Source of the DNA: a virus | Lineage: Duplodnaviria > Caudoviricetes | DNA: 53,952 bases | Strand: one strand, 5' to 3' | Virus record (IMG/VR): IMGVR_UViG_3300048997_000104 | Span: 1 to 53,952 of that record | Shown here: piece after piece, positions 8,434-18,684 of the stretch | How positions within the stretch are numbered: the stretch's first letter is position 1 | Layout: every line of letters begins with the position of its first letter | Position numbers and translations under genes: made by a program | The notes under the pieces: model-generated | Seen by the model: the letters and a program-made list of their open reading frames with translations, nothing else | Database searches by the model: none | Told to the model about the DNA's origin: nothing

Positions 8434-11400
8434 TGGCAATTCCTGTCGTAATGGCGCTGGGAGCCGGTTGGGCGACCGGCACCATGGCTGGCGCGGCGAT
8501 TGGCTGGATGATCGGCTCGTGGATTTATTCCAGCCAGACCAAGGACAAGAACAACACCGCCGATCCGGCCATTGCGCAGGCTCCCAAATTCAACAGCGCC
8601 ATTCGCGGGATGGTCATCCCTGTTCTGTTCGGAACCAACCGAGTTGCCGCGCAAATCCCCTGGCAGAATAACTTTCAGGCGATCCGCAGCGACGGCAAGA
8701 GCGGCGGCGGCGGCAAGTTCGGCGGCTCTGGCATGGGCGGCAAGGGCAGCTCGACTTCTGCCGCCGCGTCCTACACCTACAAGATGGACGCCATCTACCA
8801 TCTGGGCATGCCTGATATGCCAGTCAATCTCCTGGCTGCCTGGATCGGCTCCGACCGCGTTGACCCGCAATCGTTGCTCAACATCACCTATGCGCCGATC
8901 AATCCAAACAATGGCGATGCCAGCTCTGGTGTCCCAACGTCGGTTGATTTCACCGGCACCATCAGCTCGCTGCTCTCGACCGCCGCTCAGTCGCTGCGGA
9001 GCGATACCACGTCGCCAAATACGGTCAGCCTCACGTATGATGGCGCCATATTCTTCCCCGGTAACTCGCCTGACGAGGCGGCGACGTGGCCATACTTCAC
9101 GTCCGTGATCGGGCAACCAGTCCGCTTCCCGAGCACGTGCTGGGTCGGGTTCCAAGGGCTGAACCTAGGCTCCACGCCGTCGATGCCGCAGATCAGCTGG
9201 GAGATTGGCCCTGGCGCGGAAGGATTTGACTTCCAATCCGCGTTCATATCCAAGTCAGTCGATGCCAACGGTCCATACCTCAACTATGGCCATCAGGCTC
9301 TGGACAACTCTGGAACGCACGTTGTCTTCAATTCCAGTAGCATTGTTGGCTATAACCGGGATAGCACGATCGCATGGACGTGGAGCATTGCCGATTTCGC
9401 CACCGCGCTTGAGACTAATCGCGGTCTGGTTGGGTGGCTCGGCGCGGGCAACCTTGGCCTAGGCTTCAATGCCGTGGGGAGTTTCTTCAACGGCAAGTAT
9501 ATCATCATCAACGTCAACGGTCAGTCGGCGGACATTGGCTTTGTCAATGCCACAGTCGTCTGCGGCCCGAGGGCTGGGCTGGTCCCGACCATCCTCGGCG
9601 CGGTGCGCTATGAGCGCGACGCAACCGGCATCCCGTACCTGGCCTGCTTCCAGTTTGACATCTGCAATGCGCAGACTGAGAGCGATCCCATGTTCGTCCG
9701 AGGCAGCCTGGACATTGCCGGCGCTGATATGGGCATTGCTTTCATTCCGTCAGTCAGCGACATCATCACCGGCGTCTACAATAGCCCGCGCGTGGTCAAT
9801 GGCACGACGTTTGTCCAGGACGAGATTGTATACGCCAGCTACATTTTGCCTGGACTAAACTATGACAACCCAGAGGCGTTCTACTCCACCAACACCAGCT
9901 CCAAGGGCTTTGCGCTGCCGTCGTTTGGCCTGCTGGCAACGCCCAATACCTGCCTGCATTTCTATCTGGGTCGAGGCATTATGGAGAATGCCGACACCTA
10001 CACAGCTGCCAACATCAAGCCGGACAATCCACTCGGCGCGATGATCCGATTCAACATCGGCGAGATTTTCTTTGCTTCGTTCCATCCGCCGGTCGGCTCC
10101 AAGATGGTGCAGTCGTTCATCGACATCAGCACGCTTGAGATCGTCAATGAGAGCTTCATCGAGGTCACCGGCGGCAGCGACACCGGCATCACCACGCTCC
10201 CCTGGAAGGAGGAGTTCCAGAGCCAGGACGGAACGCCGAACACGCGCAACCAATATGGCTTGAGCCCATACGTCTATCGCTTCGACAATGGCGCATATCT
10301 GGTTGTCTTCACCCAGCTCAACCAGTTCGATGATTCGGTGACCAGCGACGGCCTGTATCCTCTCCAAATTCGCGCCTTTGTCTACAACCCGCTCAAGAGC
10401 ATCTTCCAGCAGATTGCTCATCAGGCTGGGTTCCTCTTCAGCATCGCCGACTGGGGCAGCTCAACCAAGGGCCTTGGCGTATCCAACGCGACCGTCGATG
10501 TCGACGTCAATCAAGACACGCAAGTGCTCACCATCTGGGGCGACAACGGCTTCACCGGCCTCGACAGCGGCATGGGCAACGGCCATCACTGGGTGGCGCA
10601 AGCCGGCACGCTCACCCTGACGGGCGGCGCTGACGTCTACCCGCCTTACATCATCAAGCAAATCCTGACCAATGCCATCTACTCGCCGTTTGGCTCGCTG
10701 ATCACCGTCGACACGCTCGACCTGGACAGCTATAACTTTGCCGTCGACTACTGCGCAGCCCAGGACATCAAAGTGTCCACGCAGTATCGGAATGAAGAGA
10801 ACGTGCTGACGACCATCGAGCTACTGCTGGCACTGTACGGCGGCTACTTGACGATCAGCGGCGGCAAGATCAAGTTTGGCGTCATCGAGGCGACGGCACA
10901 GCCGATCCGCGTCATCGACAACAGCCACCTTCTGGTCGACAGCGTCGGCGATCCGCCGGTGACATCGACGCGCGGAGCCAAGCAAGACACCTTCAATTTG
11001 ATTCGCGTCAACTACATTGACCGCACCCTTGACTACAATCAAGAACAGATCGAGGAAGGGGATGAGGTTGACCAGGATTTGTACGGCATCCGTCTGAAGG
11101 AGTTTCCGCCGCAGTTCGTTATGACCGAGACACTGGCGCGCACCTTGGCGCTGCGCACGCTCTGGTCCAACTTGTTCGTACGTGACAGCCACTCCTTCAA
11201 GCTTGGCTGGAAGGACGCGGACCTGGAGCCGGGCGACGTCATCACCTTGGTCGACAGCATCTCTGTCCCGCCGCTCAACCAGAATGTCCGCATCGTCAAA
11301 TGGCAGGAGGAGAAGCGCGGCAGGTTCACCGTCCAGGCAGTCCAGGAGCTTGGCTACGCGATGACTGCTGTTGGCTCGCTCTTCAATCAGAGCAGTATGT

Positions 11401-12440
11401 CGATCATCAGCAACCTTGGCCCGCAGCCCAAGACCAAATTTGCGACCATCTATGAACTGCCCGGTACAATGGGCGCTGACCCGACCGTCTTTGTCGGCTG
11501 GGTGCCGGACGCATTCGCGGCGGGTGCTACTCTGTACGCGAGCGCGGATGATACCACCTATGCGCCTGTGGCGCGCGCCTCGCCATACCCGATTGGCGGA
11601 ACGCTGCTGTCAACTCTGGGCAGCAACCCTGACGAGATTTGGGCACCCAACATCAGCATCGCTCTGTTCCCATCGAGCAGCTACACCGTCAACACGCCGA
11701 CGTTTGATATCAACCAGACGCTCAACGACGTTGGCTATGTCGACATGCACTACGGCGCTGGCCTGCTCTGGGTTGGCTCTGAGATGATCGCTTACACCGG
11801 CGTCAATCTCGTCGGCCAGAACGTCTACCAGCTCAGCAAGGTGTTCCGCGGCTGGGGCGGGACCAAGATTCAGAACCACAACTCTGGCGACTTCTTCATC
11901 CAGCAGGGCGGCGGCATCTTCTCGCAGACCTACACCGAAGATCGAATTGGAACCAAGCTCTGGTTCAAGGTCGCGCCATTCGGCCAGAATGGCGTCGAAT
12001 ATCCTGTATCTTCAATCGCAGCCACTGCCTATACTATTCAGGGTGCCTGGTTTAAGCCGCAAAACCCTAGCGCGATTCAGTTCCAGGGCAATCGCGGCAT
12101 CACCAAGCTCTCTGTCGGCTCGACCATTGATATCGGCATTGCCTGGCAGGACACGGCGCGTCGTGCCGGATACGGGATGGGCGGATATGGAACGGGACCG
12201 CAGGGCTTTGGCGCGTTCATTACCGACACGCTCTCGCATTCTTGGCGGCTTGAGGTCGTCGGCTCGTCTGGCTTGGTGGTACGGTCAACTGTGGTCACTA
12301 CAACGGCTTTCACTTACACCTCAAGCCAGAATGCGTCTGACAATGGCGCTTGGAGCGGGCGTGTTGCTTTCAAAGTCACCCCCTTCTCTCCATACGGCGA
12401 CTCACCGCGAACCTCTGTCATTAGCATGAGCTTGTTCTAA
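8430..12440 (+). CDS. Tail tip / megatron-like central tail protein
   Basis: 1336 aa; 'G.VIPVLFGT.R', 'LEPGDVI'; follows NlpC/P60 as in GTA-like tails. Confidence 0.8.
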   Translation: MMAIPVVMALGAGWATGTMAGAAIGWMIGSWIYSSQTKDKNNTADPAIAQAPKFNSAIRGMVIPVLFGTNRVAAQIPWQNNFQAIRSDGKSGGGGKFGGSGMGGKGSSTSAAASYTYKMDAIYHLGMPDMPVNLLAAWIGSDRVDPQSLLNITYAPINPNNGDASSGVPTSVDFTGTISSLLSTAAQSLRSDTTSPNTVSLTYDGAIFFPGNSPDEAATWPYFTSVIGQPVRFPSTCWVGFQGLNLGSTPSMPQISWEIGPGAEGFDFQSAFISKSVDANGPYLNYGHQALDNSGTHVVFNSSSIVGYNRDSTIAWTWSIADFATALETNRGLVGWLGAGNLGLGFNAVGSFFNGKYIIINVNGQSADIGFVNATVVCGPRAGLVPTILGAVRYERDATGIPYLACFQFDICNAQTESDPMFVRGSLDIAGADMGIAFIPSVSDIITGVYNSPRVVNGTTFVQDEIVYASYILPGLNYDNPEAFYSTNTSSKGFALPSFGLLATPNTCLHFYLGRGIMENADTYTAANIKPDNPLGAMIRFNIGEIFFASFHPPVGSKMVQSFIDISTLEIVNESFIEVTGGSDTGITTLPWKEEFQSQDGTPNTRNQYGLSPYVYRFDNGAYLVVFTQLNQFDDSVTSDGLYPLQIRAFVYNPLKSIFQQIAHQAGFLFSIADWGSSTKGLGVSNATVDVDVNQDTQVLTIWGDNGFTGLDSGMGNGHHWVAQAGTLTLTGGADVYPPYIIKQILTNAIYSPFGSLITVDTLDLDSYNFAVDYCAAQDIKVSTQYRNEENVLTTIELLLALYGGYLTISGGKIKFGVIEATAQPIRVIDNSHLLVDSVGDPPVTSTRGAKQDTFNLIRVNYIDRTLDYNQEQIEEGDEVDQDLYGIRLKEFPPQFVMTETLARTLALRTLWSNLFVRDSHSFKLGWKDADLEPGDVITLVDSISVPPLNQNVRIVKWQEEKRGRFTVQAVQELGYAMTAVGSLFNQSSMSIISNLGPQPKTKFATIYELPGTMGADPTVFVGWVPDAFAAGATLYASADDTTYAPVARASPYPIGGTLLSTLGSNPDEIWAPNISIALFPSSSYTVNTPTFDINQTLNDVGYVDMHYGAGLLWVGSEMIAYTGVNLVGQNVYQLSKVFRGWGGTKIQNHNSGDFFIQQGGGIFSQTYTEDRIGTKLWFKVAPFGQNGVEYPVSSIAATAYTIQGAWFKPQNPSAIQFQGNRGITKLSVGSTIDIGIAWQDTARRAGYGMGGYGTGPQGFGAFITDTLSHSWRLEVVGSSGLVVRSTVVTTTAFTYTSSQNASDNGAWSGRVAFKVTPFSPYGDSPRTSVISMSLF

Positions 12441-12441
12441 C

Positions 12442-13269
12442 ATGGGCTTCACAAACGACAACCAGCTTGCGACTGACACCAGCGGCCAAGCGGTCTGGGA
12501 CGTAGACCTCAACAGCAACTGGCAGATTGTCGAGCGCGGCTTCCACGCAGTGCTGACGGCAGCGCAGGCCATCAACTCCGGTGACGTTTGCCTCGTAAAC
12601 TCAGCAGGGTTTGCGACGCAGTACGACAGCCGCTCACTTGGGAACAAAGACGCGCATTGCTTGTCGTTCGGCAGCGTTGCCAGCGGCGCCAATGGGCAGT
12701 TCCTGATGCACGGCACGGTGCGGAGCCTCAGCATCTGGTCAGGGCAGATCGTTCCAGGCCAGCCGGTCTATGTCTCTCCCACCACGCCCGGCCTCCTGGT
12801 GTCCAGCTATGCTGGGGCTGCCTACTCCCCAGGCATCGCACTCCGGGCAGATGCTGTGCACTTTCGCCCCGGTATGATCGAACAATTCCCAGAGCGCAAC
12901 GTCAACTCAATCAGCGTTGGCGCCACCATCGTCGGGTCATTCTCGGACTTTTCATTCGCCCCTGGTAACCGGGGCATCGTACGCAACTTGCAAGTGAACG
13001 CCCAGAGCGCGAGCGCCTACAAGGTGCGCTTCTGGTCCAGCTCCGCGCGCACGGCAGGGACGCTGATGTATGAGACGTTGACATCGAGCCACAGCGTCGG
13101 CTCTGTTGACGTGACAACCTTGAATTTCACCGATGCGGCAATGTTCCCTTGGTTGAACAGTGATACGTCGTCGCTGGCGTTGATGTTCGGGCGCATCGAC
13201 CATCAGACAGGATCGGCGGTGAACTCGTCCACTTTCTCTGTCATTGTTGAGATGGAAAGGTTCCGTTAA
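12442..13269 (+). CDS. Putative tail fibre / minor structural protein
   Basis: N-terminal 'W...LNSNW..VE'; Ser/Gly-rich beta sequence. Confidence 0.55.
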   Translation: MGFTNDNQLATDTSGQAVWDVDLNSNWQIVERGFHAVLTAAQAINSGDVCLVNSAGFATQYDSRSLGNKDAHCLSFGSVASGANGQFLMHGTVRSLSIWSGQIVPGQPVYVSPTTPGLLVSSYAGAAYSPGIALRADAVHFRPGMIEQFPERNVNSISVGATIVGSFSDFSFAPGNRGIVRNLQVNAQSASAYKVRFWSSSARTAGTLMYETLTSSHSVGSVDVTTLNFTDAAMFPWLNSDTSSLALMFGRIDHQTGSAVNSSTFSVIVEMERFR

Positions 13270-13739
13270 TGACTTCCCCGTTCATCTGGGCCGTAGGCTC
13301 AAACGGCTACACCAGCGGTCCATTCAACGTTCTTACCACTGAGCTCACCAGCCTCTCGGTAGGCTCATCGGCGGTGAGCTCCGTGGCTAACGTTGGCGGA
13401 GTGTTCTCTCAAAGCGACACCGCGAACGCTGTGCTGGGCGAGCTGTGGTTCGTATCTGGCGGAGCTTTCGTGTCAGCGGCTGGCGCCTATCTGTCTGGTT
13501 ACTATCTCAAGTCAGGCGAGGGCAGCGCCTTTGAGCGGGCAGTGCCGCCGTCGCGCAGCCCAGACTTCACAATCAACCTGCCCACGTCGCTGTCCATTGT
13601 TTCCGGCGACATCTTCTACGCTGGTGGCCCTGTCAAGCTCTGGGCGCCAAAGGTCAAGGTGCTGCTCACCAACAACGTCGGCGCCACCATTCCTGGCGGC
13701 TCCAAACTGATCTGTGGTGCGATCGAACTGGTGTTCTAA
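13269..13739 (+). CDS. Putative minor structural protein
   Basis: Coupled ORF in tail operon; beta-rich. Confidence 0.5.
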   Translation: MTSPFIWAVGSNGYTSGPFNVLTTELTSLSVGSSAVSSVANVGGVFSQSDTANAVLGELWFVSGGAFVSAAGAYLSGYYLKSGEGSAFERAVPPSRSPDFTINLPTSLSIVSGDIFYAGGPVKLWAPKVKVLLTNNVGATIPGGSKLICGAIELVF

Positions 13740-14606
13740 ATGACTCGCCTGATCTTCCCCCGTCGCGGCATCATCAAGCCGTCTGGTCGAGCCGTTATTG
13801 ACGCAGAGCATCCGCTCTCTCAGCGCCTGTCATTCCTGCATTTGTTCGAAAGCGCCGCGCCCAAGTTCATTCGCGGCGCGGCTCCATTTACACTGAACGG
13901 CAACGTCGATGTCCTGCCAGGGCGCGACGGGATGGGACTGACCAAGGGCGGCTATATCGGCTCCACCACCACGCTCCTGAACCAGTTCAGCCTCGGCTTG
14001 ACCTCGGGCAGTTTCTTTGCCTGGGTTGTCGGGTCATTCACGCCTGCTGACGGCCAAAAGCATTACATTGCGTCGTTTGGAACCGGCGCTGGCCTGTTCG
14101 AGATACTCAAGTTCAGCGACAACAATTGGTACGCTGGCTGGACCGCCGGCACCCGCAATAGCTTTGCCGCGACCGGGACATTCACTCCTGGCGTGCCGTT
14201 CCTCGTCGGCTGCACCTGGGGGCGCGGCGGCAACAATCTTTGGGTCAACGGCAAGTTACTCCAGACGCTCGCTGGCCCTGGCACCACCGGCTCGACCGCC
14301 AATGCGCCATTCATCCTCGGGAATGACAGCGCGGCAGAAGCCAACCCTTGGTCGTTCACATCGATCAAGGATATGATCTATATGCTCGCTGCCTGGGACC
14401 GGGAGCTGTCGGCTGGTGAGATTGCCCAGCTGTCGGTCAGCCCATACAGCTTCTTGATCTACCCAGACGATGAGATGCTCAACATGATCAAGGGCGTGGC
14501 AAGCGCCGTTGTCGCATCTCCTGGCGCTCAATTCAATCGCGGCTACCCCACCCCGAATTTCCGATCATTCCCAGTCGAAACCGCTCGATCATATCCGCGT
14601 TATTGA
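13740..14606 (+). CDS. LamG / concanavalin-like lectin domain protein (candidate receptor binding)
   Basis: 'LWVNGK' and 'WDRELSAGEIAQL' LamG-type motifs. Confidence 0.7.
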   Translation: MTRLIFPRRGIIKPSGRAVIDAEHPLSQRLSFLHLFESAAPKFIRGAAPFTLNGNVDVLPGRDGMGLTKGGYIGSTTTLLNQFSLGLTSGSFFAWVVGSFTPADGQKHYIASFGTGAGLFEILKFSDNNWYAGWTAGTRNSFAATGTFTPGVPFLVGCTWGRGGNNLWVNGKLLQTLAGPGTTGSTANAPFILGNDSAAEANPWSFTSIKDMIYMLAAWDRELSAGEIAQLSVSPYSFLIYPDDEMLNMIKGVASAVVASPGAQFNRGYPTPNFRSFPVETARSYPRY

Positions 14607-14629
14607 TTATGATATATTGGGGGCGCAAA

Positions 14630-14818
14630 GTGGAACAGGTGAAAGGACTGGTGGGTGACGTCGTGGTGACATCTCCTGCATGGACGATGCCGCTTTGGCT
14701 TCAACAGCTCACGGCATATGGTCAAGCGGTCGCGGTTGGTTTGACCATCCTCATTCTGCTCGCTCGGCTGTACTTTATCTGCCGAACGGGCAAAGACCCG
14801 GAAGGTGACGACGAATGA
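14630..14818 (+). CDS. Small membrane protein (holin/antiholin-like)
   Basis: One hydrophobic helix; upstream of endolysin; start uncertain. Confidence 0.5.
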   Translation: MEQVKGLVGDVVVTSPAWTMPLWLQQLTAYGQAVAVGLTILILLARLYFICRTGKDPEGDDE

Positions 14819-15348
14819 GCTTCGATCCCAAGAAGATCATTCCAGCGGTCGCGGCGATTGCTCCTACCATTGCTGGCTTGCTCGGTGGGCCGCTCGCCTC
14901 AATGGGCGTCCAGGCGCTGGAGGGCGTGTTCGGCCTCGCGGCAGGAACCGCCGACAGCGATCCGCAACAGCTGATCAAAGCTGTTGCCAACATCAGCCCA
15001 GACACGGCAATCAAGCTGGCGCAGATCGACAGCGATCTCAAGACCAAGCTCGCCCAAGCCGGCATCGACATGGAGGCTCTCCAGGTCAAGGATCGTGACA
15101 GCGCACGCACGCGCGAAGCTGCCACCAAGGATTGGACGCCGCGCGTTCTGGCCCTGGTCATCATCTGCGGCTATGCTATGGTCCAGTGGTACATCATGTC
15201 GCACGTCCTTGCCGCCGAGATGCGCGAGGTCGTCATGCGTTCGCTCGGCGTGCTGGATGCGGCCGTCGGCATGGTGTTGACGTACTACTATGGCAGCTCA
15301 TCGTCCAGCAAGACCAAGGACGAAACGATCAGCAAGCTCTCATCCTAG
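14815..15348 (+). CDS. Putative holin (GTA 3TM-holin-like)
   Basis: 'DRDSAR.RE', two TM segments, 'YYYGSS'. Confidence 0.6.
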   Translation: MSFDPKKIIPAVAAIAPTIAGLLGGPLASMGVQALEGVFGLAAGTADSDPQQLIKAVANISPDTAIKLAQIDSDLKTKLAQAGIDMEALQVKDRDSARTREAATKDWTPRVLALVIICGYAMVQWYIMSHVLAAEMREVVMRSLGVLDAAVGMVLTYYYGSSSSSKTKDETISKLSS

Positions 15349-15409
15349 CAGCTTGGTAGAAGGGCTGTAAGCTAGGGGCACATCGACCTACTGTAACTAG
15401 GAGGGGCAC

Positions 15410-15976
15410 ATGCCTACCACGCTCGCAATCGTCCCGCAAGATGTTCTACTCTGTATCAACCGCCTCATCGTCCGCGAGGGCGGTGTAGCCGATCGAGGCC
15501 CTGTTGACCGGGGCGGATTCACTAAAGCGGGCATCACCATCCCGACTTGGGCCCGGTACATCGGCGCTCCGTGTACGCCGAAGGACTTGCAGGCAGCAAC
15601 TCCTGACCAAATCGTGGACTGCTACTACAAGTTGTTCTGGATCGGCGAGAACGCAGATGCGGTGTACCGGGCGCACAAGGCCATTGGTGAGTTCATGTTC
15701 GATTGGATCGTCAACAGCGACCGATCTGGCATAAAGCACTTCCAGACGTTCTTGAAGGTGATGCCAGATGGGGTGATTGGTCAGGGAACGATCACCCGCC
15801 TCGCTGAGATGGTCAGGCTCAGCTCTGACGCTGACCGTTTCATCCTCAATGCGCTGGTGGACTACCGCATCGAGTTCTATCTGCACCTGTGCGTCGGCGA
15901 TCCCACCCAGCTCGGCAACATCGTGGGCTGGTTCCGCCGCGCCAACAGCTTCCGCGCCTACAACTCGTCAAAGTAG
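15410..15976 (+). CDS. Endolysin, glycoside hydrolase family 108 with peptidoglycan-binding domain
   Basis: 'REGG....P.DRGG.TK.GIT', 'DGVIG..T', 'GW..R'. Confidence 0.88.
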   Translation: MPTTLAIVPQDVLLCINRLIVREGGVADRGPVDRGGFTKAGITIPTWARYIGAPCTPKDLQAATPDQIVDCYYKLFWIGENADAVYRAHKAIGEFMFDWIVNSDRSGIKHFQTFLKVMPDGVIGQGTITRLAEMVRLSSDADRFILNALVDYRIEFYLHLCVGDPTQLGNIVGWFRRANSFRAYNSSK

Positions 15977-16159
15977 ACCAGTACCGCCTTACGCGGGGGA
16001 ATTCAATTGCCCTGTGTGAGTATAGACATGATTCATAGCGGTAGCGGTAGCTGGTAGCTTTTGTAGGAGCCCATCTGTAACTGACTGTAGTCTTTACGGA
16101 TTGTTAATCCCTCCGCGTAAGGCTTCAACGCTACCGCTGTCTGCCCGGAAAGGTGCATT

Positions 16160-16459
16160 ATGATATTTAGTTTGGTTGTCGTGGTTGGAACGAGCGTAAC
16201 CACATTTATCTTCGATGACGAGTCAATGTTCGATGAGGCCGTTAGGGCGCTCGACTTGGCAATGGATCACAACGAACCCGCCAAGTTCTGCGTGGTAGGA
16301 GGCAAAGCGCGCTTCGCCAAAGGCATTACGTGCTTCCATACGCAGGTTCTCGAACAGAGCCTGCCGGTTTCCACCAAGCTGAATATATGGAACAAGCGCG
16401 CCGAGAAGTCAATCAGAGAGGCGGTTGACGCCGACCAAGAGAAGCCAGTCGGGTTCTAA
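16160..16459 (+). CDS. Hypothetical protein
   Basis: ORF heading the replication operon, AAGGT RBS. Confidence 0.55.
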   Translation: MIFSLVVVVGTSVTTFIFDDESMFDEAVRALDLAMDHNEPAKFCVVGGKARFAKGITCFHTQVLEQSLPVSTKLNIWNKRAEKSIREAVDADQEKPVGF

Positions 16460-16462
16460 TTC

Positions 16463-18193
16463 ATGAAAGTATATAAGTGGGATGTCCATCTTGCCTTACA
16501 GCTTCCGTATGACCCAATTCACATCGAGATGGCGCGATCATTACCAAAGCGCCGCTATGAGAAAGCTCACGGTCACTGGGTGTTCCCCGCAGTGCTTGAG
16601 GTCATGGATCACGTCAAGTCGCTGTTCAATCAGGCTCCTTGGTCTGACGAAGCGCAAGCCATCTATGACCAGAAGGCCGCTGAAGCGGCGCATCGCACCA
16701 TTGTGGCAGAAGGACGGTTTGACGCCTCCGATCAACTTGTCGGAGTGCCGATGCGGCTCCCGCCTTACGAACATCAACGCCACGCCCTTGTACTTGGCCG
16801 CGACCAAGCTGTCTTTGCGTACCTCATGGAACAGGGCACTGGCAAGTCCAAGGTTCTGCTTGACGACGCAGCCCACAATTATCGTGCCGGACTTATTGAT
16901 TCACTTCTCATTCTCTGCCCGAACTCGGTGAAGACAAACTGGGTCAACATCGACGGCGAGGATGAGATAACCAAACACCTCGCGCCGGACATCCCCCACA
17001 TCAAGGCTGCATGGTTCGCAAGCATGCGCCAGAACAACCTCAAGGCGTGGAACAATATCCAGGGCGCGATCAAGTACAATGAGAAGGCCCTCAAGATACT
17101 CGCCGTCAACATCGAGGGCGTGGCATCGCCGCGCGCCTTCAAAGAGGCAGACCAGTTTGTCAAGCAGACAAGGTGCATGATCGCGGTCGATGAGTCCACG
17201 CGCATCAAGAAGCACACCACCAAGCGCGCCAAGGCAGCCAAGAATTTGCGTCAGCATTGCGGCCGCGCTCGGATCATGTCTGGCACGCCGCTGATCAAGT
17301 CACCGCTTGACGCGTACTCGCAATTTGACTTCCTCGATCCGAACATCATCAACATCCCAACCTACACCGAGTTCCAATCCCGGTATGCTGTGATGGGCGG
17401 TGAACACGGTCGGCAGGTGTTCCGATACGTCAACGTCGATGACCTGTCCAAGAAGATTGCCGGTTGTAGTTACCGGGTGACAAAGGATCAGTGCCTCGAT
17501 CTTCCTGAGAAGGTCTACAGCAAGCGCATTGTGGAGTTGACGCCGGAGCAGCGCAAGCACTACGATGATATGCGCACTGAGCTGATCACTTGGCTCGACG
17601 CGCAACACCACGTAGCGGCGACCACTGTACTAGCGCAAATGGCTCGGCTCCAGCAGATCACCGCCGGGTATCTGCCGCTGATCGACGCGGAGACTGGAGA
17701 GAAATATGGTGAGAAGCGAATTGCCTGCCCCAAGATCGATGAAGCAATGGACATCATTGCTGAGTGTTCAAACAAAGTTATTGTCTGGTGCCGATACAAA
17801 TTTGAAGTTAGAGAAATGGTCGATGCTCTGTCGGCTGCCGGGATTGGCCACGTCAAGTTTGACGGAGACACTTCGGAAGCAGATCGCATTACAGCTAGAA
17901 CTGGCTTTAACCAAGATGATTTCATCAGGGTTTTTGTCGGGCAAATTAGAACAGGAGGTATCGGTCTCACGCTTAATGCGGCGTCCACAGTTATCTATCT
18001 TTCCAATACGTTTGGCACGGAGGATCGAGTTCAATCTGAAGATCGGTGCCACCGCATTGGACAGACCAGATCAGTGCAGTACATCGACTTGGTTGCTCCA
18101 AAGACCATTGATGAGCGGGTGATCCAAGTCCTGCGGGCAAACAAGCGTTTGTCCGATGAGATCATGCGCGACGGGTACAAGGCATGGATTTAA
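16463..18193 (+). CDS. SNF2-family (SF2) helicase
   Basis: 'MEQGTGKS', 'DES', 'SGTP', 'QSEDRCHRIGQ'. Confidence 0.92.
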   Translation: MKVYKWDVHLALQLPYDPIHIEMARSLPKRRYEKAHGHWVFPAVLEVMDHVKSLFNQAPWSDEAQAIYDQKAAEAAHRTIVAEGRFDASDQLVGVPMRLPPYEHQRHALVLGRDQAVFAYLMEQGTGKSKVLLDDAAHNYRAGLIDSLLILCPNSVKTNWVNIDGEDEITKHLAPDIPHIKAAWFASMRQNNLKAWNNIQGAIKYNEKALKILAVNIEGVASPRAFKEADQFVKQTRCMIAVDESTRIKKHTTKRAKAAKNLRQHCGRARIMSGTPLIKSPLDAYSQFDFLDPNIINIPTYTEFQSRYAVMGGEHGRQVFRYVNVDDLSKKIAGCSYRVTKDQCLDLPEKVYSKRIVELTPEQRKHYDDMRTELITWLDAQHHVAATTVLAQMARLQQITAGYLPLIDAETGEKYGEKRIACPKIDEAMDIIAECSNKVIVWCRYKFEVREMVDALSAAGIGHVKFDGDTSEADRITARTGFNQDDFIRVFVGQIRTGGIGLTLNAASTVIYLSNTFGTEDRVQSEDRCHRIGQTRSVQYIDLVAPKTIDERVIQVLRANKRLSDEIMRDGYKAWI

Positions 18194-18212
18194 TGAATTA
18201 CAAACATCGCGG

Positions 18213-18240
18213 TTTACTCTACACCTAGCAAGCCTATACT
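18213..18240 (+). promoter_or_regulatory. Putative sigma70-type promoter
   Basis: TTTACT-N16-TATACT; same spacing recurs at 30475, 32082, 33583, 34248, 36682. Confidence 0.55.
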
Positions 18241-18270
18241 TGAAGGTTCTGCATAAAAGGGGCACTCTGA

Positions 18271-18678
18271 ATGACGACAAATCCAAAGCTGGCCGCGCTT
18301 GGCCAACGGTTGCGGTTCTTGAAAGACCGCAAAGACTATCTTGAGGAGGAACTCAAGGAAGTCAACAAGGAAGCCAAAGAGCTTCAGGAGCGGACAATCC
18401 CCAAAGTGATGGAAGATGCCGAGATTGAGAAGGCAACCATCGAGGGCGCGGGCACGATGTACATTAAGCAAGTCGTGTTTGCTTCGCTCATCAAGGACGA
18501 GAGCGACGAGCCTCCATTCTACGATTGGGCGCGGTCAAATGCGCCTGATCTGATAAAGCCGTTCATCCATCCGAAGCGGCTCCAATCCTGGGCAAAGGAA
18601 AGGCTGGAGGGCGGCGAGCCTTTGCCAAATTCAATCAATGCCGTCTTTGTTCCAACAGCAACGCTATTGAGGAAGTAA
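18271..18678 (+). CDS. Conserved-looking phage replication-region protein
   Basis: Coiled coil plus 'IHPKRLQSW.KE..E.G..LP'. Confidence 0.65.
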   Translation: MTTNPKLAALGQRLRFLKDRKDYLEEELKEVNKEAKELQERTIPKVMEDAEIEKATIEGAGTMYIKQVVFASLIKDESDEPPFYDWARSNAPDLIKPFIHPKRLQSWAKERLEGGEPLPNSINAVFVPTATLLRK

Positions 18679-18684
18679 GCACAC

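Noticed and set aside
6618-12440. Gene transfer agent cluster
   Set aside because: Part of a closed genome with its own replisome and lysis genes
16007-16026. TTGCCC...TATAGA as a sigma70 promoter
   Set aside because: Spacer is only 8 nt
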